From NCBI GenBank assembly GCA_012799115.1, contig JAAZLY010000276.1:1-30603 (forward strand): a DNA stretch of 30,603 bases. Direction: 5' to 3'. The notes below the pieces were generated by a model that saw only the letters and a list, made by a program, of their open reading frames with translations, made no database searches and was not told where the DNA came from. The number at the start of each line of letters is the position of its first letter. Within the stretch, counting starts at the first letter, position 1. The position numbers and the translations under genes are program-made. Source of the DNA: Bacillota bacterium (GTDB lineage: Bacteria; Bacillota; Limnochordia; Darwinibacteriales; Darwinibacteriaceae). Positions 22,152 through 30,231 of this stretch are shown here, piece after piece.

Positions 22152-23906
22152 CTAGAACATGTTGCCAATTCCAAAGTAGAACTGACCCTTACGCTCATCT
22201 TCTACATTCTTACCCCAACCATAGTCGAGACGTAATAAGCCAAGTGGTGTGTCTAGGCGTACACCAACACCAAAGCTGTTGGCTAGGTCGGTAAAGCCCA
22301 TCGCCTCGTTTTGATCCCAGGTTGTACCCCAGTCAGTAAAGAGTACGCCCGTTACTTTCTCGAGAACCGGAATCCGCAACTCTGCGTTCATAACCAGCAT
22401 ATGGTCGCCGACCAAGGATCCGCGTTTCTCGCCTTCATCCTCATAACCGCCATAGGGATAACCCCTCAAGGTATCAGCTCCACCAATTGTGAAAGCCTCC
22501 TGACCGCGATCTCCAAGATCGCCACCTAAGAGCCTGCCGCCAAGTCCTCGTACGGCCAGCACCATACCCCCATCAGTAATTTGGAAGTACCGACTGTGTT
22601 CTAGGCGCAACTTCGCATATTGCATGTCGCCACCTAGCAGACGAGTACCAACCTCGAGATACACATCATTCTTGTAGCCCTCGGTGGGACTAAAGGGATG
22701 ATCGGTGGTATTGGTGTTTACACCAAAGCCCACGGTTCTATTTCTGTAGTTCTTGAACTCCGTCTCTTCAATGGATTCCGAAGGTAGATCGTAGGTGGTA
22801 TTCTCCATCTTAAAGGTTAGTCTGCCTCGAGTAAACTCACTAAAGGGGCGCCCTAGGGTCAAATCTCCACCATTTGTCGTCCGCTTTGCCTCCAAAGAGT
22901 CTTCGGTTACCGCGTCAGTTACAGTAAGCGGTCTGCTACGTCGATAGAGGTTTGTGCCGAGGGACGTACCTGTCTTATCGATATATGGTTCATAGAAGCC
23001 TAGTTCATATTCTTGGAGCCGTTTGCCGAAGCGAGCTGTGGCATTGATTCTCTGTCCTCTGCCCAGGAAGTTCTCATCCGCGGCTTCGATAAAGCCCAAC
23101 AAACGATCGGTGCTACTATAGGAAACCCCAAATGTAGCAGAGCCAGTCTTCCGTTCCGTCAGATTGATCGTCAATACCGTCTCGTCGGGATCATCTTCTT
23201 CTGAGAAGTCTCGGCTGATCTCGTCAAAATAGCCTAGCATCAGGACTCGACGCAAACCTTGATCAATCTGGTGAATATTGACAGGATCACCTGGCTCAAA
23301 GGAAAGCTCCCGCTCAATAACGAAGTCCTTCGTTTTTTCATTACCCTCTATGACAACATCCTTAAGCGTTGTCTGGGCCAGGACTACACTGATACGTCCA
23401 TCAGTGTCAGCAGTAAGGTCCGCAATTCGAGCAAAATATCCGTGTTCAGTCGCAATCCATTCGCGAAGCCCGTACAGATCTTCCCAAAGGTCATGAATAT
23501 TGAGAATGTACCCGGTTTGTGTGCTCATCTGTTTCTGATACTCTCCAAAGGGGATACCAGACATTCCAGAGAAAGTAATCTCTTGCACAACAGGATTCTC
23601 TACAACATGGAAGATCACTTGAACACCTGCGGTAGCGGGTTCAAAACTCGCTGTAGCATCCTGGAAATAGCCAAGATCATAAATCGATCGCAAGTCATCT
23701 AGGATCTGCTGTTCCACCGCTGGTTGGTTTACTTTTGTCTTTAGGATACTTGCTTTGATTGTCTCAGTATCAATAAATCTGTTCCCTTTTACTTCAATGG
23801 ACCGAACAATAGATGACTCTTGAGCACCCACACTCAATGTGCCCATCTGAAGAAACAAACCGATTACGATGAGCCCCACTAAGAGCCTGGCTGAACTTCG
23901 CTTCAT
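22152..23906 (-). CDS. bamA: Outer-membrane protein assembly factor BamA (Omp85 family) with three POTRA-like repeats
   Basis: ORF 22152..23927 trimmed to ATG 23906 (GGGAGG 8 nt upstream). Signal peptide MKRSSARLLVGLIVIGLFLQMGTLSVGA|QE. Three POTRA-like units begin at IVRSIEVKGNRFI, VVQEITFSGMSGI and LKDVVIEGNEKTK. The Omp85 barrel carries RGY..G motifs (DTLRGYPYG) and the terminus GQFYFGIGNMF. Confidence 0.9.
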   Translation of the reverse strand: MKRSSARLLVGLIVIGLFLQMGTLSVGAQESSIVRSIEVKGNRFIDTETIKASILKTKVNQPAVEQQILDDLRSIYDLGYFQDATASFEPATAGVQVIFHVVENPVVQEITFSGMSGIPFGEYQKQMSTQTGYILNIHDLWEDLYGLREWIATEHGYFARIADLTADTDGRISVVLAQTTLKDVVIEGNEKTKDFVIERELSFEPGDPVNIHQIDQGLRRVLMLGYFDEISRDFSEEDDPDETVLTINLTERKTGSATFGVSYSSTDRLLGFIEAADENFLGRGQRINATARFGKRLQEYELGFYEPYIDKTGTSLGTNLYRRSRPLTVTDAVTEDSLEAKRTTNGGDLTLGRPFSEFTRGRLTFKMENTTYDLPSESIEETEFKNYRNRTVGFGVNTNTTDHPFSPTEGYKNDVYLEVGTRLLGGDMQYAKLRLEHSRYFQITDGGMVLAVRGLGGRLLGGDLGDRGQEAFTIGGADTLRGYPYGGYEDEGEKRGSLVGDHMLVMNAELRIPVLEKVTGVLFTDWGTTWDQNEAMGFTDLANSFGVGVRLDTPLGLLRLDYGWGKNVEDERKGQFYFGIGNMF

Positions 23907-24014
23907 TGCACTGCCTCCCACGCGCATTAGATTTTTCGTCTCTGCCTTATTCTACTTACCTTATTCGTATTCCTCTTGCCAAGTCTGGGGACTGTGTGCA
24001 GAAAAACCCAGTCC

Positions 24015-25790
24015 CTAATGGTATATGTTTAGATCAAAGGTGGCCATACCATCTATGATAAACTGTGTAGCAAGCCGAACCTTGGTGGCGTCTGACGGAG
24101 TGTCAGCCCAAGAAAAATAGCTTAGCGGTGCTTGATACACTTCCTCTTCCCCTTGAACCTCTTCCTCGTATGCCTCATCCTCCATTTCACTGGACTCTTC
24201 CTCCTGGAGACGGGCGTCTAGGAATGGAAAGAACTCGGCCACAATTTCGTTGTTCCGTTCACGATCCATGTACTCTGTAATCAAGGCATCGAGTGACTCA
24301 GCACCTGAGATGATTTGGCGCACAGGTTCATCAGCATCGTCTTCTGCTGGCTCGAGCAGACTCGTGTGGACAGGTGGCTTCTCGACATAGTAGCCCGCTC
24401 CGCCCCCTCGAACAGTCACAGTCAATAAACCCGGTGCGATGTCCTGGGGTACCTCGATACGAAGTGTGCGAATCTCACTGCTACCGCGGAAAGGACGGAT
24501 CGTGACATCGACATCCACAAACTCGCCCGGCTTCACATAAAACGCATTAGGTACGGCCTTTTCAATCGTGGCTGTCTTACGTTCCTGGGAAACCTCTACC
24601 TCGATCCGAACATCCTGTAAATCAACCTCTTGCAGGTTATTATTGGCCAAGAGCTCGAGACCAGAAAGTAAGTCTGTCAAGGACCATACAGCAATATCAC
24701 TATCACTATAGAAAAGATTCTCTCGAATCATACGCTGGTTAAAGTCTTTGGCGGTAAACTCTAGGCGCACAAAGGATGTCCCAGCACCGAGGCGATCGAG
24801 AGTGGCATCGATACTCTGATAGGCACTGCTGATCACCAGGGGAACCATGATACTCGGTTCTTTCACAGCCTCGACATTGAATGACCTACGAATCTCACGA
24901 TCACGATCGCGGACTTGAATATTCACAGACACGTATTCTGGTTGCCTTCCTAGGCTACCCCCGAGACCAACTGCCCTGTCCTGCTCAATCTTGCCGATCG
25001 TTGAGCCTAAAGAGACGATTTTAAAGGGAACATCTAATGAAGGCAAAGTATGATGAACAAAAGCGGCTGAAGCGAAAAAGTCTACCTTACCCCGGTGCGT
25101 AAAGGGATGGCCAAAGGCTAGGAAACGGCCATCATCCTTAACATGCGTAACCGTACCAAAGGAGGCTACTTGAAAGTCACCCCGCAAGAGTTGCACACCT
25201 ACCATGCTGCCAGCCTGAAGGGCTACAGGCCGATAGACATAGTCTGAGGTCAGCGATGGAGTTGTCTGCACTGCGCCCGCACCTAGGGCCTCCGTAAGAT
25301 ACCGAGTATTACGATCATTCAGTCCCTGCACAATCAGTGGTGAACGCATCGTCGTTGTCCCAGGGGGCAGAATCGGATCTGGAAGGGGCATTTCGTCATA
25401 GAGCTTAAACATATCCACTGCAGGAGTTACCAGACCAACACGGTGATCTGTTTGAGCATAGGTATAGCCAATGGCCCCCAGGAGACGGTCCTGGATATAG
25501 ACAGGGGTACCACTCATACCCTGGGCAATGCCTCCTGAGCGTTCAATGACATCGCCACTCACCCGGATCATGATCAAGTTACTCAAGGGCGGGCTTTGGG
25601 GTACCAATCCCAAGATCTCTACATCAAAGGTCTCAATGGTATTACCAGAGATGACTGTCTTGGCCACTCCCCTCAGTCCAGGTCGAACCTCCTCGGGGAG
25701 AAACAATCCTTGGGCATGGGCTGTAGTCAACAGACCACAAAGCAATAAAACCAATAGTATTGTATTAATTCGCAAGAACAATTTACGCAT
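24015..25790 (-). CDS. Secreted S55 (SpoIVB-like) serine peptidase-domain protein with an acidic C-terminal region
   Basis: ORF starts TTG-ATG; I use ATG 25790 (AAGGGGTGG 4 nt upstream). Signal peptide MRKLFLRINTILLVLLLCGLLTTAHA|QG. GGIAQGMSGTPVYIQDRLLGAIGYTY parallels my recollection of the SpoIVB catalytic-Ser segment GIVQGMSGSPII..G.VIGAVTHVF. A GH-containing segment appears later (FGTVTHVKDDGRFLAFGHPF). There is also an acidic run QEEESSEMEDEAYEEEVQGEEE. Confidence 0.65.
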   Translation of the reverse strand: MRKLFLRINTILLVLLLCGLLTTAHAQGLFLPEEVRPGLRGVAKTVISGNTIETFDVEILGLVPQSPPLSNLIMIRVSGDVIERSGGIAQGMSGTPVYIQDRLLGAIGYTYAQTDHRVGLVTPAVDMFKLYDEMPLPDPILPPGTTTMRSPLIVQGLNDRNTRYLTEALGAGAVQTTPSLTSDYVYRPVALQAGSMVGVQLLRGDFQVASFGTVTHVKDDGRFLAFGHPFTHRGKVDFFASAAFVHHTLPSLDVPFKIVSLGSTIGKIEQDRAVGLGGSLGRQPEYVSVNIQVRDRDREIRRSFNVEAVKEPSIMVPLVISSAYQSIDATLDRLGAGTSFVRLEFTAKDFNQRMIRENLFYSDSDIAVWSLTDLLSGLELLANNNLQEVDLQDVRIEVEVSQERKTATIEKAVPNAFYVKPGEFVDVDVTIRPFRGSSEIRTLRIEVPQDIAPGLLTVTVRGGGAGYYVEKPPVHTSLLEPAEDDADEPVRQIISGAESLDALITEYMDRERNNEIVAEFFPFLDARLQEEESSEMEDEAYEEEVQGEEEVYQAPLSYFSWADTPSDATKVRLATQFIIDGMATFDLNIYH

Positions 25791-25858
25791 CAAGCCACCC
25801 CTTCTGTCCCTTCCTCGACCAAGGCCGGAGACACTTTACTCTGGCATAGGGCGACCCT

Positions 25859-27271
25859 TTACTCGAGTAAAGGGCGTACACCCGCAACAAGGACTATGGC
25901 ATTTCCAACTGGCCGCTCTTTGCCGTCGGAAGGCAAATTAAGGACCAAGTTACGGATCACCATAGTCGTGGAGCCGCCCCCATCTAAGTTCATGGCCTGC
26001 TGCGCTCCCAACTCTATTAAAAGATTTCCAAGTTCAGTCAAAGTCATACCGACACTGATGTTAGGTTGTCGCCCATTCACCGTTACAAGTAACAGCTTAT
26101 GGTCGGCCGTGATGCCAATCGCGGTCCGCGGTGCACGGCCAACTAAGATATCATTCTGAAAGAGCTCTTCTTCACCAGTAATGTGAAGCTTGCCGTCTCG
26201 CACAAGGCGGGGGCCTCCCCCAATGATCTGATTGACACCGAGTTCATCCCAGGCGGGATTAAGTTGGAAGGAGACTTCGACAGGATCGCCGATGCGCAAC
26301 TTCGCCAAAAACTCTTTTTGTACTCCATGGGCCGACAAGACAAAGCCGTCTGGAGGAATCGTACTGTTACCTGTCTGAATCTGGGTAACCACGCCATCTC
26401 TGACGATCACTTCGTGACCCCAGGCATTGGTATTCGTCTTCGTACCATGATGGCTCGTATACACGATGAGTTCATCTTGGAGCCTAGGACGGTTCAGACC
26501 CTGAACTGCTGCAACCTCCAGGCCCTCTTCGAGCGAGACAGTGACAGTCCCCTCGAAATCGACTTGATCCATCACAGCGATGTTAGGACCTATGCCCAAT
26601 GCAGTACGCTTCGCATAGGGTTCACTCATGAGCTGACCATCAATCATGAAAAGGCCCAAAGGCCTTCCAGTCCCAGCAAAGAATGCCCCATTTACGGCGG
26701 CGATGGCTTCCATCCGCTTGGCAATCTGACTTACCTCTTCTGAACCAAAGAGTCGGTCTTGAGCTAAAGCGAGCTTCACTTCATAGCCTTGCCTCAAGTC
26801 AATCTCCAGGTAGTTGACAACATTCGGTCCGAAGACGTCTGCTCGCCTTTGATGACCGTAGATCACACCAAAGTCTACCATACGTCTCGACGTATTAGCG
26901 AATGTTTTCGGAATCTCCAATAAAAAAACATCCTCATCTTCGGTAGCCACGCCAAGGGGAATCTGATAGTTAAAATCGAGAACGACACGCCAACCTTGGG
27001 CTAGCTCTGAGTGGCGTACATCTTTTAGGGCCACATCACGGATTGGATGCGAAATGTGAAGATCCGGGAAGGGTAGATTGGAGTCGACGATGACCTTCAT
27101 AGGACTTGTGGTGTAGCTCACATTGTATACCTGTCCAGGAGCTTTAGGCAAGGATAGAGTTATGTACTCCGGAGATATTTGAACTCCCTGTGCTGAGGCC
27201 GCATTCACGCAGAAAACTAGGATATAAATGAAAGCAGACAAGATACTACGCCGCGAAAACAGCACAAACAT
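25859..27271 (-). CDS. Phosphodiester glycosidase family protein (DUF2233/NAGPA-like) with an N-terminal beta-rich, tentatively AMIN-like, domain
   Basis: 470 aa with the signal peptide MFVLFSRRSILSAFIYILVFCVNAASA|QG. Family motifs are AAVNGAFFAGTGRPLGLFMIDGQLMSEP, PRTAIGITADHKLLLVTVNGRQ and AMNLDGGGSTTMV. The N-terminal region contains PMKVIVDSNLPF..GWRVVLDFNYQIP. Confidence 0.7.
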   Translation of the reverse strand: MFVLFSRRSILSAFIYILVFCVNAASAQGVQISPEYITLSLPKAPGQVYNVSYTTSPMKVIVDSNLPFPDLHISHPIRDVALKDVRHSELAQGWRVVLDFNYQIPLGVATEDEDVFLLEIPKTFANTSRRMVDFGVIYGHQRRADVFGPNVVNYLEIDLRQGYEVKLALAQDRLFGSEEVSQIAKRMEAIAAVNGAFFAGTGRPLGLFMIDGQLMSEPYAKRTALGIGPNIAVMDQVDFEGTVTVSLEEGLEVAAVQGLNRPRLQDELIVYTSHHGTKTNTNAWGHEVIVRDGVVTQIQTGNSTIPPDGFVLSAHGVQKEFLAKLRIGDPVEVSFQLNPAWDELGVNQIIGGGPRLVRDGKLHITGEEELFQNDILVGRAPRTAIGITADHKLLLVTVNGRQPNISVGMTLTELGNLLIELGAQQAMNLDGGGSTTMVIRNLVLNLPSDGKERPVGNAIVLVAGVRPLLE

Positions 27272-27319
27272 ACCCCCTGTTCATCCTTCTCAATTCGTGA
27301 TCGGGGCCTATTCTCCTGC

Positions 27320-27354
27320 AAAAAAATGAACTCCACAAGGGGCATCTTGTGGAG
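27320..27354 (-). terminator. Rho-independent terminator ending the flagellar gene block
   Basis: Minus-strand RNA reads CUCCACAAG-AUGCCC-CUUGUGGAG followed by UUCAUUUUUUU. The 9-bp stem is perfect (27331-27339 with 27346-27354) and the + strand A7 run is at 27320-27326. It starts 10 nt after the flgJ-like stop. Confidence 0.85.
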
Positions 27355-27364
27355 TAATCAAGCT

Positions 27365-27676
27365 CTAATCGTCTTCCGGGACGTAACGAGACATTTGCTC
27401 ATAAATCATCTTGGCCAGCCCTACACTCTGGGTCTGGGCGAAGCTATTAGCCAGTTCCTGATCGAGCATCGATTGGAATATTTTCTCAGCTCGCCGATCA
27501 CCAAGTAAGTCGTTTTCGGGAACAGTGCGCCGCATCTGCTCCAGGAGTTGATAGAGAAAAATGGCCTCGAACTGCTCCGATGCATCCTGTAAAGCCTGCT
27601 GAGACTTAGACTTGCGGCCAGCTAACTCCTCTGCTTTGCTGGCTACCAGATCACTTGGCGCCCAATTTACACGCAC
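27365..27676 (-). CDS. Rod-binding protein (FlgJ N-terminal domain only; no peptidoglycan hydrolase domain)
   Basis: 103 aa. GTG start with GAGGAGGGAG upstream. FEAIFLYQLLEQMRRTVPENDLLGDRRAEKIFQSMLDQELANSFAQTQSVGLAKMIYEQM matches the rod-binding/FlgJ N-terminal pattern. It follows flgI by 21 nt. Confidence 0.75.
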   Translation of the reverse strand: MRVNWAPSDLVASKAEELAGRKSKSQQALQDASEQFEAIFLYQLLEQMRRTVPENDLLGDRRAEKIFQSMLDQELANSFAQTQSVGLAKMIYEQMSRYVPEDD

Positions 27677-27697
27677 TATTCTCCCTCCTCTATCCCT

Positions 27698-28810
27698 CTA
27701 AATAATGACGAGATCTCCAAACAATGCCCCTGCAGCCTTCACGGCCTGTAATATCGCAATGATATCGCGCGGTGTAGCACCTACCGCATTTAGAGCATCG
27801 ACTAGGTCCTGAACGTTAGGGGTACCCCCAAGGACTGTCGTCTGGTTATACACTTGTTCCGCTTCATCATTTGTTTCTCCACCAAGACCTAGATCTCCTC
27901 TAGGATTAGCCTCTTGACCCACTTGTACCTTGAGATTTCCGTGTGAAACAGCGATCGAAGCGATGCGAACCTGTGATCCCATAACTACTGTGCCCGTACG
28001 CTCATTGATGACCACACGTGCATTGGCATCGGGACGAATGGGTAGCTCCTCAAGTTCCGCTATGAAGCGAACTACATTGCCTGTGTACTCCAGAGGGATG
28101 CGAATCTCCACAGTACCTTGATCTCGAGCCCAAGCTAGGTCTTGTTGATACACCTCATTAACCACTTGCACGAGACGACTTGCAGTTGTAAAGTCTGGTT
28201 GCAGGAGGACCATGGCAAGGGTGCCATCGGCGCCAAAATCATATCCTTCCAGTTCTCGCTCGACAATGGCCCCATTGGGAACCGTGCCAACTGTGGTATG
28301 GTTCGTCTGACCACCTGCGCCACCCCGAACGACAAATCCTCCGATGGATACCGCTCCCTGGGCCACAGCAAAAACCTGTCCATTTGCTGCCTGCAAAGGA
28401 GTCTGAAGTAGGAAACCACCCTGGAGGCTGCGAGCATCACCGATGGATGAAACCGTTACATCAAGCCGATCACCTGTCCTGAGGGAGGTAGGCAGATCTG
28501 CAGTTACCATGACTGCAGCAATATTTCGTAGCCTGAGATCATTGGCAGATACAGTGATGCCAAATCCCTCAAGCATATTGGCAATCATTTGGATGTTTGC
28601 CCTAGAACCAGACCCATCGCCCGTTCCTTGTAAACCCACAACGAGACCTAGACCAAAAATCTGGTTGTCCCGATCACCTTGCACCCGGGCCACGTCTTTA
28701 ACTCGCACAATAGGAGTATCATAGCGAATCGGCTCTACCGTCTGAGCAGCGACTAGACTCCCACAAAGGAGGACGATTCCCAGAACTAAAATCACACTCT
28801 TCCTAGACAT
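27698..28810 (-). CDS. flgI: Flagellar P-ring protein FlgI
   Basis: 370 aa with a signal peptide. VRVKDVARVQGDRDNQIFGLGLVVGLQGTGDG, and C-terminal DLVDALNAVGATPRDIIAILQAVKAAGAL. AAGGGAGGA lies upstream of the ATG. Confidence 0.92.
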   Translation of the reverse strand: MSRKSVILVLGIVLLCGSLVAAQTVEPIRYDTPIVRVKDVARVQGDRDNQIFGLGLVVGLQGTGDGSGSRANIQMIANMLEGFGITVSANDLRLRNIAAVMVTADLPTSLRTGDRLDVTVSSIGDARSLQGGFLLQTPLQAANGQVFAVAQGAVSIGGFVVRGGAGGQTNHTTVGTVPNGAIVERELEGYDFGADGTLAMVLLQPDFTTASRLVQVVNEVYQQDLAWARDQGTVEIRIPLEYTGNVVRFIAELEELPIRPDANARVVINERTGTVVMGSQVRIASIAVSHGNLKVQVGQEANPRGDLGLGGETNDEAEQVYNQTTVLGGTPNVQDLVDALNAVGATPRDIIAILQAVKAAGALFGDLVII

Positions 28811-28828
28811 AATATCCTCCCTTTCGAT

Positions 28829-29434
28829 CTAAAACAACCAGTTGAACAGACGGGTGAGAATCCCAGGATTATTCTTATCAGCGACAATACCTGTGCCCAA
28901 GAAGGCGATCTCCGCATCAGCCACAAAGTTTGACAAGATAGTGTTATCCGGGGCCACGTCTCGACTTCGTATAACCCCTGAGAGAACAATTTCTTGTTCC
29001 TCACCATTAATCATGATTTTCTGTCGCCCTTCAACACGCATTGTGTCATTAGGATAAACCTCAACCACCTTGGTTGTTACATTGGCCGTAAGGCTTCCTC
29101 CCCTTGTCGTAGCACCATCTGATGTAAATGCATCACCACCGCTGAGCCTCAAAAGGGGAATCAAATCCGCCAAGACACCCATACCAGGACCTACAGAAAG
29201 TTCGGAGTCCTTACCTGTCACTGTCGATGCATTTTGCCTTGCGGTAGCTCTCTCTACGATGATCACAGTAACAAGATCCCCTATCCGCTTGGCCTTTCTA
29301 TCCTCGAACATCGATGGCGTATCCACCGGATAGAGAGACTGGGCCATAGCATGAAGCGCCAAGACTTGATGAGCTAAGGCCAAACATACTAAAGTAAAGA
29401 CTAATACCTTACCAGCAAACTGCTTCTTTGTCAT
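28829..29434 (-). CDS. flgH: Flagellar L-ring protein FlgH
   Basis: 201 aa. SLYPVDTPSMFEDRKAKRIGDLVTVIIVERATARQNAST and VVEVYPNDTMRVEGRQKIMINGEEQEIVLSGVIRSRDVAPDNTILS. The start shares an ATGA overlap with the flgA stop. Confidence 0.9.
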   Translation of the reverse strand: MTKKQFAGKVLVFTLVCLALAHQVLALHAMAQSLYPVDTPSMFEDRKAKRIGDLVTVIIVERATARQNASTVTGKDSELSVGPGMGVLADLIPLLRLSGGDAFTSDGATTRGGSLTANVTTKVVEVYPNDTMRVEGRQKIMINGEEQEIVLSGVIRSRDVAPDNTILSNFVADAEIAFLGTGIVADKNNPGILTRLFNWLF

Positions 29435-30225
29435 GGAGTATTGAACCCCCTCATATTCACCTGAACCGTCTGGGCATCTATGATTTCGCCCAAGACCATT
29501 TGCCTGGAGAGTGTGTTTTCCACGGAAATCACCTCTCCAACACCACCAGAACCCCGGGCAATGCCAGGAGCTGTCACCACAAGTGACCCAGTCTGCACAA
29601 GAATGGTAACCTGGGCTCCCCTCTCAATAATGGGGATCACTTCAACGTTCAGCGTAGTCAACGGGCTTCCGCTGAGTATGTGCCGGGTTGTACGTAAGCC
29701 TACAAACTCTTCCACCGTACGCAAATCAGGCTGACCACTTCTAAACTCTTGCTCTTCTACTGTGATATCAGCTGGGGAAATCACATGACCACGTGGTAAA
29801 TCCACCACCGCCACGACCACCTCATAGATAGGAAACCCTGCTTCTGTCTGATTCACCGTAGTGCCTACGGGAGCCGAGGCTACACCGTATACCTGGACAG
29901 TCGATGCGCCCTTAAACTCGATTTTCTTCAGATCCAAACCGCCTTGGCGCAGACGCACCTCAATTTGAGCCTTGGTTAGACGTCTGGAATTTCCGCTCAG
30001 GGGAGCCGCCCCTGCATTAATAGCCTCTACTTGGCTCACCAACTCTTCTGGACCAGTTATCGTAGCTATTTTACCTAGCAGGAGATCGGGACCCTGGATA
30101 TTGACGCTTTCCGGTAATAGTATGACCACCTTCTCCTGCTCCGCAGCGCGGACTATGTAACTACCCAAGGCAAGAGAGCCCAGAAAAGTCAAAACAAGCA
30201 TCCACAGAACCTGTCTCCGTGTCAT
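29431..30225 (-). CDS. flgA: Flagellar basal-body P-ring formation chaperone FlgA (SAF domain)
   Basis: 264 aa with a signal peptide. The C-terminal part reads IERGAQVTILVQTGSLVVTAPGIARGSGGVGEVISVENTLSRQMVLGEIIDAQTVQV. It lies between flgG and flgH. Confidence 0.85.
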   Translation of the reverse strand: MTRRQVLWMLVLTFLGSLALGSYIVRAAEQEKVVILLPESVNIQGPDLLLGKIATITGPEELVSQVEAINAGAAPLSGNSRRLTKAQIEVRLRQGGLDLKKIEFKGASTVQVYGVASAPVGTTVNQTEAGFPIYEVVVAVVDLPRGHVISPADITVEEQEFRSGQPDLRTVEEFVGLRTTRHILSGSPLTTLNVEVIPIIERGAQVTILVQTGSLVVTAPGIARGSGGVGEVISVENTLSRQMVLGEIIDAQTVQVNMRGFNTP

Positions 30226-30231
30226 AGGCCA

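Noticed and set aside
23988-24015. 7-bp GC-rich stem (GGGACTG/CAGTCCC) right after the S55 peptidase stop.
   Set aside because: It has a 14-nt loop and no U tract after the stem on the minus strand, so I do not call it a terminator. I found no convincing -35/-10 pair for bamA in the 108-nt gap either.
26183-26743. Long plus-strand ORFs: 186 aa here; also 19501..20007 (168 aa), 2717..3157 (146 aa), 23259..23702 (147 aa), 25528..25941 (137 aa), 17404..17814 (136 aa) and 12860..13258 (132 aa).
   Set aside because: Each lies entirely antisense to a minus-strand gene with clear family motifs. Their translations are low-complexity and Ser/Pro/Arg/Thr-rich, with no recognisable motifs or RBS. They are typical shadow ORFs.
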